Source: a bacterium (GTDB lineage: Bacteria > Zhuqueibacterota > Zhuqueibacteria > Zhuqueibacterales > Zhuqueibacteraceae). From it: a stretch of 25,275 bases of DNA. A model generated the notes under the pieces. The model was given only the letters and a program-made list of their open reading frames with translations. It made no database searches and was not told the DNA's origin. The translations under genes and the position numbers were made by a program. Shown piece after piece: positions 17,597-25,275 of the stretch (position 1 is its first letter; every line of letters starts with the position of its first letter). The stretch is taken from NCBI GenBank assembly GCA_044869275.1, contig JBIOXB010000140.1, positions 1 to 25,275 of the forward strand, given 5' to 3'.

Positions 17597-20500
17597 CTAC
17601 ACTTTCGGCTTTTCAAACCACGCATACAACGTGGGCAACACCACCAGCGTCAAGAGCGTCGAGGTGATCAAACCCCCGATGACGACCGTCGCCAGCGGGC
17701 GTTGAATCTCCGAGCCGGGGCCGGTGGCGAAGAGCAGCGGAATCAGGCCAAGCGCCCCCACCAGCGCGGTCATCAGCACCGGGCGCAGCCGCAATTCGCA
17801 GCCGCGCAGGATGGCGTCTTCGAGCGACCGGCCTTCCTGCCGGAGCTTGTTGAAATACGACACCAAGACAATACCGTTGAGCACAGCGACGCCAAAGAGC
17901 GCGATGAATCCCACCGAGGCCGGCACGCTGAGATACTGGCCGGAAATATACAACCCGACGATGCCGCCGATGAGCGCGAACGGCAAATTGAGAATGATGA
18001 GTCCGGCTTGGCGCACCGAATTGAAACTGGAGAAAAGCAAAAAGAAAATCAACGCGATGGTGATGGGCACGATGATAGCGAGCTTTTGCATGGCGCGCTG
18101 CTGGTTTTCAAAGGCGCCGCCCCAGGTGATGAAATAGCCGGGCGGCAACGACACGCGTTGGCGAATTTTCTTCTGCGCCTCGGCCACAAAGCTGCCGAGG
18201 TCGCGGCCATTCACATTGCACTCCACCACGATGCGTCGTTTCACATTCTCGTGACTGATTCGCACCGGGCCTTCGACCAGCGACAATTTTGCCAATTGCG
18301 CCAGCGGCAGCCGGGTGCCGTCCGGCGCATTGACCAAAATATTGCCGATGCTTTCCAAATCGTTGCGCCGGTTTTCGGGAAAGCGCACCATCACGCCGAA
18401 ACGCCGTTCCCCTTCAAAGGCGTCGGTGGCGACTTTGCCGCCGACCGCGGTCTCGATGATTTCCTGAATGTCCGCCACGTTGATGCCGTAGCGGGCGATT
18501 TTTTGGCGGTCGATCTCGATGGTTGAATACGGCTGGCCGGAGACTTGCTCGACCCGCAGGTCTGCCACGCCGCGCACCTCCGCCATCACTTTGGCAATTT
18601 CGTCGGCTTTGGCTTTGAGCGCGTCCATGTCTTCACCGAAAAGCTTGATGGCGATTTGCGATTTGACGCCGGAAATCAATTCATCGACGCGCAGTGCGAT
18701 GGGTTGCGTGATGTTGAAGACCACGCCGGGAATTCTTTCCAAGCGCTCGCGTATTTTCTCGACCAGCTCTTCTTTGGTTTTTGCAGTTTTCCATTCGCTG
18801 CGCGGTTTGAGGATGACAATCGGATCGCTGACATTAGGGCCCTCGGGGTCAGTGGCAATTTCGGCGGTGCCGATTTTCGAAACCACGGTTGCCACTTCCG
18901 GAAATTCCATCAGCGTTTGCTGCATGGCGTTTTCGATTTCGACGGACTGCTGCAGCGAGATGCTCGGCAGGCGAATCACTTGTGTCGTCAGCACGCCTTC
19001 GTCGAGCGTCGGGATGAATTCGGTGCCGAGAAACGGAAACAGCGCCAAACTGCCGAAGAGCAGCGTCACCGCGACGCCGGTGAGTACCCAGCGGTGTCGC
19101 AGCGACCAGCGCAACGCCGGCAGGTAAATTTTCTTCGCCCAGCGCACCGGGAAGCTGTCGTGTTCGGAGCCGCCCTTCAAAAAGAACGCACAGAGCACCG
19201 GCGCCAGCGTCAGCGCCAGCAGCAGCGAGCCGAGCAGCGCGATGGAAATGGTGAAAGCCAGCGGCGAAAACATTTTGCCTTCCAAACCTTCGAGCGTGAA
19301 CAGCGGCAGGAAAACAATGATGATGATGAGAATGCCGAAGACCAGGGGCTGCGCCACTTCTTTGGCGGCATCCCAAACCAGCGTGGTGCGGCTCAATTTT
19401 TCGCCGCGGCGCTCGGAGAGCAGGCGATAGATATTTTCCACCATCACCACCGAGGCGTCCACCATCATGCCGATGGCGATGGCGAGGCCGCCAAGCGACA
19501 TGAGATTGGCGGAAAGGTTGACTTGCGGCAATCCCATGATGATGAAGGTGAACAACATCGCCAGTGGCAGCGTGGCGGTGACGATGAGCGCGCTGCGCAC
19601 GTTGCCGAGAAAGAGAAAGAGCACGAGCACTACCAACACCGCGCCCTCTTCCAGCGCTTTGGTGACGGTGCGGATGCACGCCTGCACCAAATCCGTGCGG
19701 TCGTAAAACGGCTTGATGGTGACGCCGCCGGGCAAAATTTTTTGCTCGTTGATTTCGCGCACTTTTTCTTTGACGCTGGCCGCCACTTCGCGACCGGAGC
19801 CGCCGCGAATCATCAACACGATGCCGACCGCCACTTCGCCCTTGCCGTCTTTGACTGCCGCGCCCTGCCGCACTTCGGGGCCGACGACGACTTCGGCGAC
19901 ATCGCGCACGTGAATCGGCACGCCTTCGTGCACGGCGATGACGATGTCGCGGATGTCGTCGATGGTTTGAATGAGGCCGATGCCGCGCACGACATACTGC
20001 TCCGCCGCGTGCGTAAGAACACCGCCGCCGGCGTTGGCGTTGTTGGCGGCAACCGCCTCAAATACTTCGCGCAGCGAGATTTTGTATTTGTACAGCAGAT
20101 CGGGATCTACCAGCACTTGATACTGCTTGACGAAACCGCCGAAAGAGTTCACGTCGGCGACGCCGGGCACGGTTTTGAGCAGTGGCCGCACCATCCAGTC
20201 CTGCATGGTGCGCAACTCGATGAGCTGGTCTTGGCTGAGTTGAGTGAAGCCGGTCAACGGTCTTTTGAGATCGGACTTGCGCCATGCAGCATCGGAATCG
20301 CCATCCAAATCACTCATGCGCAAGTCCGACTTCGGCGGTTCCAGCGTGTATTGATAAATTTCCCCGAGGCCCGTTGATACCGGGCCAAGCCCCGCCTCGA
20401 CGCCTTCGGGCAATTTTTCCTTGGCTTCGATCAGGCGCTCCAAAACCAGTTGCCGCGCGAAATAAATGTCCACGTCATCTTCAAACACCACCGTGACGAT

Positions 20501-20773
20501 GGAGAGGCCGAATTTGGACAACGACCGCAGCTCGGTGAGCCGCGGCAAACCGCTCATGGTGACTTCAATGGGAAAGGTGACGAATTTTTCCACCTCCACC
20601 GGCGAACGGCCGGGCGCTTCACTGATGACTGTCACTTGGATGTTGGTGACGTCCGGAAAGGCGTCGATGGGAATCTTCCGCACCGCGTTGAGGCCGAGGC
20701 CGATGAGCAGTATCGTGAAAATTACCACAAGCACGCGGTTGCGGAGGGAGAAGGCGATGAGTTTATCTATCAT
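17597..20773 (-). CDS. czcA: CzcA/CusA-family heavy-metal efflux RND permease, 1058 aa
   Basis: [55 protein letters not shown]. Start moved to ATG 20773 after GGAGGAG. Confidence 0.93.
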   Translation of the reverse strand: MIDKLIAFSLRNRVLVVIFTILLIGLGLNAVRKIPIDAFPDVTNIQVTVISEAPGRSPVEVEKFVTFPIEVTMSGLPRLTELRSLSKFGLSIVTVVFEDDVDIYFARQLVLERLIEAKEKLPEGVEAGLGPVSTGLGEIYQYTLEPPKSDLRMSDLDGDSDAAWRKSDLKRPLTGFTQLSQDQLIELRTMQDWMVRPLLKTVPGVADVNSFGGFVKQYQVLVDPDLLYKYKISLREVFEAVAANNANAGGGVLTHAAEQYVVRGIGLIQTIDDIRDIVIAVHEGVPIHVRDVAEVVVGPEVRQGAAVKDGKGEVAVGIVLMIRGGSGREVAASVKEKVREINEQKILPGGVTIKPFYDRTDLVQACIRTVTKALEEGAVLVVLVLFLFLGNVRSALIVTATLPLAMLFTFIIMGLPQVNLSANLMSLGGLAIAIGMMVDASVVMVENIYRLLSERRGEKLSRTTLVWDAAKEVAQPLVFGILIIIIVFLPLFTLEGLEGKMFSPLAFTISIALLGSLLLALTLAPVLCAFFLKGGSEHDSFPVRWAKKIYLPALRWSLRHRWVLTGVAVTLLFGSLALFPFLGTEFIPTLDEGVLTTQVIRLPSISLQQSVEIENAMQQTLMEFPEVATVVSKIGTAEIATDPEGPNVSDPIVILKPRSEWKTAKTKEELVEKIRERLERIPGVVFNITQPIALRVDELISGVKSQIAIKLFGEDMDALKAKADEIAKVMAEVRGVADLRVEQVSGQPYSTIEIDRQKIARYGINVADIQEIIETAVGGKVATDAFEGERRFGVMVRFPENRRNDLESIGNILVNAPDGTRLPLAQLAKLSLVEGPVRISHENVKRRIVVECNVNGRDLGSFVAEAQKKIRQRVSLPPGYFITWGGAFENQQRAMQKLAIIVPITIALIFFLLFSSFNSVRQAGLIILNLPFALIGGIVGLYISGQYLSVPASVGFIALFGVAVLNGIVLVSYFNKLRQEGRSLEDAILRGCELRLRPVLMTALVGALGLIPLLFATGPGSEIQRPLATVVIGGLITSTLLTLVVLPTLYAWFEKPKV
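20271..20329. repeat. In-frame palindromic insertion inside czcA
   Basis: TCGGACTTGCGC ... GCGCAAGTCCGA perfect 12-bp arms, encoding KSDLRMSDLDGDSDAAWRKSDL. Confidence 0.7.
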
Positions 20774-20777
20774 GACT

Positions 20778-21890
20778 CTACTCCTCCTCCAAACTTGCTT
20801 CGGCCAACTCTGAGCGCAACACAAACGCTCCGGCGGTGACCACCTTTTCGCCGGCAGCCAGCCCGTCGATGAGGGCAATTCCGCCATCGATTCTTTGGCC
20901 AGTGCGAACTTCGCGCTTCATGAAACTGCTGTCGGATTGCGGCACGAAAACAAAGTGCTGGTCGCCTTCGGACTGCACCGCCGCTTCGGGCACGACGAGA
21001 AGATTCGCCGGCTCGCCGCTCTGCAGCGTCACCGTCGCGAACATCTGCGGCTTCAGCTTGCCGAAGGAATTCTCGGCTTCAATTCTCGCCTTGACCGTGC
21101 GTGTGGTCTCGTCGAGCACGTCGAAAATCGTGGTGAGCCGGCCGTGAAATTTTTCGCCGGGATAGGCGGCCACTTCGATCTCTGTCGTTATTCCGGGCTT
21201 GATCTTGGCGATGTCTTTCTCGTAAATATCCACCAGCACCCACAGCGTGGAAAGGTCGGCAACGTGAAACATGGTACCGCCGACTTCGACGACGTGGCCG
21301 AGAATCTCGCTGGCTTCGGTGACCGAACCGGCAAATGGCGCGCGAATTTCGAGCAAAGTTTTGGGCACGTGCGTCTCGGCAATTTCATTCAGATCTTTCT
21401 CGGTCGCGCCGATCACCAGCAACTTGCGCCGCGCCGATTCAAAAATGGAGCGCGCGGTGGGGAGTTCCGTCGAATCTTTTCGCGTTGCGGCCAGTTTCAA
21501 ACGCTCTTCCGCTTGAATGAACTCCGCTTGTGCGGCCAAATAGTCCTGGCTGTAAATCGTCGCAAGCAGCGCGTCCTTTTGCACGCGGTCGCCGAGAAAG
21601 GCGTAAACTTGCTCGACACGTCCTGCCACGCGCGCGGTGAGATGCGCTAATCGTCGTTCATTGAAAACAACTCGACCGGGCACGGAAATCGTCTGTCGCA
21701 GCGGGCGCAACCCCACTGTTTCGATCTGGATGCCGGCTTTTTGCTGCTGTTCGGCGTCGAGGTGAACGACGTTGGCAGCCTCGGCCTTATGGTCAGCACC
21801 TTCAGCCGGCTTTTCCTGATTCTGTTTTTCGCCGCAGCCGAAAAGTGCGACAACCAAGATCAATAAGAAGAAAATCTCTCGGGACAGCAT
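20778..21890 (-). CDS. czcB: CzcB-type RND periplasmic adaptor (lipoprotein)
   Basis: LFGC lipobox, ARVAGRVE, IRAPFAGSV, DLSTLWV, TRTVKAR, LKPQMF. Confidence 0.9.
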   Translation of the reverse strand: MLSREIFFLLILVVALFGCGEKQNQEKPAEGADHKAEAANVVHLDAEQQQKAGIQIETVGLRPLRQTISVPGRVVFNERRLAHLTARVAGRVEQVYAFLGDRVQKDALLATIYSQDYLAAQAEFIQAEERLKLAATRKDSTELPTARSIFESARRKLLVIGATEKDLNEIAETHVPKTLLEIRAPFAGSVTEASEILGHVVEVGGTMFHVADLSTLWVLVDIYEKDIAKIKPGITTEIEVAAYPGEKFHGRLTTIFDVLDETTRTVKARIEAENSFGKLKPQMFATVTLQSGEPANLLVVPEAAVQSEGDQHFVFVPQSDSSFMKREVRTGQRIDGGIALIDGLAAGEKVVTAGAFVLRSELAEASLEEE

Positions 21891-21945
21891 GTTTGAATAC
21901 TCCGTTGATTGGAAGTTAAATCCTTGCAGAAAAAACAAAAACTTT

Positions 21946-22108
21946 CACGCAAAGGTGCAGAGACGCAAAGATTACGCAAAGGAAATCATAGACAAAATTA
22001 TTTAGAGCAAAATAACAAGAAATCTTTTGAATAATCATTTTGACTAACTAATCATTTTGTCATCCAAAAAATCTTTGCGCGGCCTTTGCGACTTTGCGTC
22101 TTTGCGTG
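21946..22108. repeat. Nested REP-like inverted repeats between czcC and czcB
   Basis: Outer CGCAAAG x3 mirrored by CTTTGCG x4; inner GACAAAATTATT and AATCATTTTGTC. Confidence 0.7.
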
Positions 22109-22139
22109 CGCTTTTGATTTTAGTTGCGGCTTGTCAAGC

Positions 22140-23426
22140 TTATGGCTGGAAAGCCATTTCGCCGGCCACTTCCAAATCGGCCAGCGCCACATTATAGTTG
22201 AAGAGTGCGCGGTAGTATTCCGCTTTGGTTTCGGTATAGGTGCGATAAATGTCAATCAAATTGAGCGCATCGATCTGGTCGGTTTGATAATGCGAGATGC
22301 CGGTGCGCAACTCATCTTCCACGTCGCGCAGCAAGGTTTCTTCAAAAAGCCGCACCTGTTCTTCGGCGGCCTTGACGCTGCGATGGGAATTTTCAATCGC
22401 AGTGGTAACGTTGCGATTAACGGCTTCAAGCTGAATTTGCGCCAGATCAAAAAACGCGCGCGCTTCTTCGGCTTGGCCGCGCGGGCCTTTCCAAAACCAC
22501 AGCGGGATGGAAGCGCCGACCTCGATGCCCCACAAACCGCCTTCGGTAACACCCAAAGGATTCTCGCTGGTGAAAGGCGGCTGGCCATCGCGCTTTTGAC
22601 TGAACAACCCGACGGCAAAATCCGGCAGATAACTTTTTTGCGCCAGTCGCATTTGTGCGCGACCGCGCTCGACGAGCGTTTCACTGAGACGGCGTGACAC
22701 GCTGAATTGGCGCATTTCATTCACCACCATCTCGACCGTCTTTGTAAATGGCTGATAGGTGAGGTCATCCGCGAGCGCCAGCGGAGTAGAACCGGGCCGA
22801 TCGAGCAACCGATTCAATTCCGCGAGCGCGTTTTGCGCCTCGCGACGCGCCGCAATCAGCTCGTTGTTGATTTTCGCCAATTCGGTTTTGGCGCGCAGCA
22901 CTTCAAGAAACGTCACCTTCTGCGCCTGATAGCGCGCCGTGGCGGTCTCGCGAAACTGCTGCAACAAATCGGCGATCGCTTCGAAATTGGCAACGGATTT
23001 TTGATTCAGCCACGCTTGATAATAGGCGCGCTTGACGTCGGCGCTCACCAGCAGCTTGGTGCGCCGCAGACTTCCTTCAAGAAATTGCGATTCGATTTTC
23101 GCCACTTGCCCGCGCGCGCCCCGTTTGCCGGGAAATTCAACAGGCTGCACTAAGCCAATGTTGCGCTCGCCGGCTTTGCTGACATCGAAATTCGACGGCG
23201 TTTCATCCCAATTGAGGCCGAATTCAAGATTTGGAAATGCCTCGGCTTGCAAGATGCGGGCATTGGCGGCCTCAACTTCCTTTTGCGCTGCCAGCACCTG
23301 CGGATTGTTGGCCATCGCCAACTCAATGGCTTGTTGTAAAGTCAATCTCTCCTGCGCGCCGCTGTTGTTGGCCAAAAGAAGAAATGAAAACAGCACGGCG
23401 CCGCAGGAACGCAAAGATAGATGCAC
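22140..23426 (-). CDS. czcC: TolC-family outer membrane factor (CzcC-like)
   Basis: Signal peptide, LTLQQAIELAMANNP, QPVEFPGKR, VKRAYY, YLPDF, SIPLW; upstream of adaptor and permease. Confidence 0.88.
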   Translation of the reverse strand: MHLSLRSCGAVLFSFLLLANNSGAQERLTLQQAIELAMANNPQVLAAQKEVEAANARILQAEAFPNLEFGLNWDETPSNFDVSKAGERNIGLVQPVEFPGKRGARGQVAKIESQFLEGSLRRTKLLVSADVKRAYYQAWLNQKSVANFEAIADLLQQFRETATARYQAQKVTFLEVLRAKTELAKINNELIAARREAQNALAELNRLLDRPGSTPLALADDLTYQPFTKTVEMVVNEMRQFSVSRRLSETLVERGRAQMRLAQKSYLPDFAVGLFSQKRDGQPPFTSENPLGVTEGGLWGIEVGASIPLWFWKGPRGQAEEARAFFDLAQIQLEAVNRNVTTAIENSHRSVKAAEEQVRLFEETLLRDVEDELRTGISHYQTDQIDALNLIDIYRTYTETKAEYYRALFNYNVALADLEVAGEMAFQP

Positions 23427-23497
23427 GTTCCGGTTCCTTTCTGAAAAAAGAACAGAATTATTGGAGCAGATGAATGATAAGAAGAATCGAGACCGAA

Positions 23498-23848
23498 TTA
23501 AGCTGCTGCGGGAGGATGATAAACGAGACGATTGGGGGCGGAAGTCACTGGCAAAATTGCTTTTGAAGAGTTATCTTGCGAAATAGGAGGATAGTTAAGC
23601 TCGAAAGCAGAGGCTATGACGATCGGCATATGACACACGCAGGAACAATCTTTGGCGTTGACATCAAACGGGCCGTGTGAGGGCAGGTCGTGCTTATTCA
23701 ACAAAGAGCACAGCAGGGAAACACATTCCTCGTTGCTCTTTCCGGTCAAACAATCGGCATCACCGCACATGAACAAGGAGAAAGCGAAGCAAATGGTCAA
23801 GAGCAAATAAGCAAACTTGAAGAAGGTTTTCAAAGGAATGTTTATCAT
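23498..23848 (-). CDS. Small Cys/His-rich protein leading the efflux operon (CzcI-like)
   Basis: N-terminal hydrophobic segment, CSCVCH, terminal YHPP; occupies the czcI position. Confidence 0.65.
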   Translation of the reverse strand: MINIPLKTFFKFAYLLLTICFAFSLFMCGDADCLTGKSNEECVSLLCSLLNKHDLPSHGPFDVNAKDCSCVCHMPIVIASAFELNYPPISQDNSSKAILPVTSAPNRLVYHPPAAA

Positions 23849-23909
23849 GGTGAAATTGAATATATGATTCTCTGGTGCAAATCAAAGTTAAATTTTTGAG
23901 TCATGTGAA

Positions 23910-25275
23910 ATGACCGAATCCTCTCGCCCCGATCCCGATGCCCTGCTCGCCGCCGTCACGCGCGAGGAAGAAAAAATCGCGCGCGGCAGGCTTAAAATCT
24001 TTTTCGGCATGGCTGCGGGCGTCGGAAAGACTTATGCGATGCTGCAGGCGGCACACGCATTGCAAGCGCGCGGCCTCGAGGTGGTCGTGGGATATGTCGA
24101 AACCCATGGCCGCGTCGAAACCCAGGAGCTGCTCGAAGGCTTGCAAGTGATCCCGCGACTTAAACTGAAATATCGCGAGCTCGAGCTGGAGGAGATGGAT
24201 TTGGACGCCATCCTGCAACGCAGGCCGGAGTATGTTTTGGTAGATGAACTGGCGCACACCAATGTCGAAGGCGCGCGGCATCGCAAGCGTTATCAGGACG
24301 TATTGGAATTGCTCGACAATGGCATCAATGTCTATACCACCTTGAATGTGCAGCATGTCGAAAGCCTGATCGATACCATAAATCAGATTACGAGTATTCA
24401 AGTCCAGGAAACCGTTCCCGACGGTATTCTCGACCGCGCCGATGAGATCGAATTGATCGATCTGCCGCCCGAAGAATTACTCAAACGATTGGCGGAAGGC
24501 AAAGTCTATACGCCCGAGCGCTCGGCCGTGGCGATTCAAAATTTTTTCCGCAAAGGCAATCTCACCGCGCTGCGTGAAATCGCTTTGCGCAAGACCGCCG
24601 AACGCGTGGGCATGGATTTGCAGGACTACATGCAAGTCCATCACATCGAGGGCACGTGGAAAATCATCTCGCGTTTAATGGTAGCGGTCGGCGCGAGCCC
24701 TTATTCCGAGCAGTTGATTCGCTGGACCCGGCGTCTCGCCGCGACGATGGAAGCACCGTGGGTGGCGGTGTATGTCAAGACTTCCGGACCTATGGCCGAT
24801 CGTGAAGAAAAGCGTTTAAAAGAAAACATGGCTCTGGCCCGTGAACTGGGCGCGGAACTTGTGACGACGGTTGACGAAGATATCGTCAAGGCTTTGATTC
24901 GCGTCGCCCGTCAAAAAAATGTCACGCAAATCATCGTTGGCAAGTCGCTCGGAAAAGGGATATTTGAGTTTCGCGGCTCGCTGGTCGATCGGCTGATTGC
25001 CGACAGCGGCGGCATCGACGTCTACGTCGTGCAAAGCAATCTTTCCGCCGGTCCCACACGCCGGCGGCTCTGGCCCAAGCTAAGCTCGAGTTGGCAACAA
25101 TATCTCGTGTCTTGCGGCGTCGTGATTCTGGTTTCAGTGTTGTGCTTTGTCGCTGCTCCGATTATTGACTATCGCGCCGTTGGCATGTTTTTGTTGTTCA
25201 CGATTTCGCTGCTGGCGTTGTTCGTCGGAGGCGGACCTGTTTTCGCTGCGGCCGTGCTGAGCGCCTTCAGCTGGA
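23910..25275 (+). CDS. kdpD: KdpD sensor histidine kinase, N-terminal part (runs off the right edge)
   Basis: Manual translation MTESSRPDPDALLA...RGRLKIFFGMAAGVGKTYAML, VETHGR, VDELAHTN, RYQDV, TLNVQH, FFRKGNLTALRE, then Usp domain and TM helices. Absent from the track because there is no stop in the window. Confidence 0.95.
   Translation, partial: MTESSRPDPDALLAAVTREEEKIARGRLKIFFGMAAGVGKTYAMLQAAHALQARGLEVVVGYVETHGRVETQELLEGLQVIPRLKLKYRELELEEMDLDAILQRRPEYVLVDELAHTNVEGARHRKRYQDVLELLDNGINVYTTLNVQHVESLIDTINQITSIQVQETVPDGILDRADEIELIDLPPEELLKRLAEGKVYTPERSAVAIQNFFRKGNLTALREIALRKTAERVGMDLQDYMQVHHIEGTWKIISRLMVAVGASPYSEQLIRWTRRLAATMEAPWVAVYVKTSGPMADREEKRLKENMALARELGAELVTTVDEDIVKALIRVARQKNVTQIIVGKSLGKGIFEFRGSLVDRLIADSGGIDVYVVQSNLSAGPTRRRLWPKLSSSWQQYLVSCGVVILVSVLCFVAAPIIDYRAVGMFLLFTISLLALFVGGGPVFAAAVLSAFSW

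Noticed and set aside
17066..17705. Short ORFs in the repeat array and the N-terminal extension of the RAYT to 17176
   Set aside because: They translate repeat DNA; the RBS supports ATG 17065.
18545..20377. 610-aa plus-strand ORF, and similar ones such as 17702-18526, 20895-21650 and 9691-10530
   Set aside because: These are antisense shadows of well-supported GC-rich genes and show no recognisable motifs.
23901..24401. 166-aa minus-strand ORF
   Set aside because: Antisense to kdpD, which has unambiguous family motifs.

Overview
Bacterial DNA, standard genetic code. A C-terminal 'QNYPNPFNPET' secretion/FlgD-type domain and many REP-like palindromes suggest an FCB-group lineage such as KSB1 (inference). 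Almost all genes are on the minus strand. Left half (1-12.8 kb): a sulfur/redox island. It holds an ArsR-rhodanese regulator with a palindromic operator, a YeeE/YedE transporter, two SQR-like flavoproteins, DsrE, PadR, a c-type cytochrome, an exported truncated globin, an OsmC protein, a deleted ArsM-like methyltransferase and a large BTAD-AAA-TPR regulator. The main observation is that the ORF track splits or truncates two genes at single in-frame UGA codons, each followed directly by a bacterial SECIS-like hairpin: YeeE (UGA at the first conserved Cys) and the 1169-aa regulator (U-L-C). The broken methyltransferase keeps a third, orphaned SECIS-like hairpin. This points to a clustered selenoprotein system that may be controlled by a Sec-containing transcription factor. 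Right half: a secreted Met/His-rich protein, decayed CzcA and YnfA fragments, a RAYT transposase with a 4x119-bp REP array, an intact czcI-like/C/B/A efflux operon (czcA carries an in-frame palindrome), and the start of kdpD on the plus strand. All family calls come from motif recognition; no database search was run.
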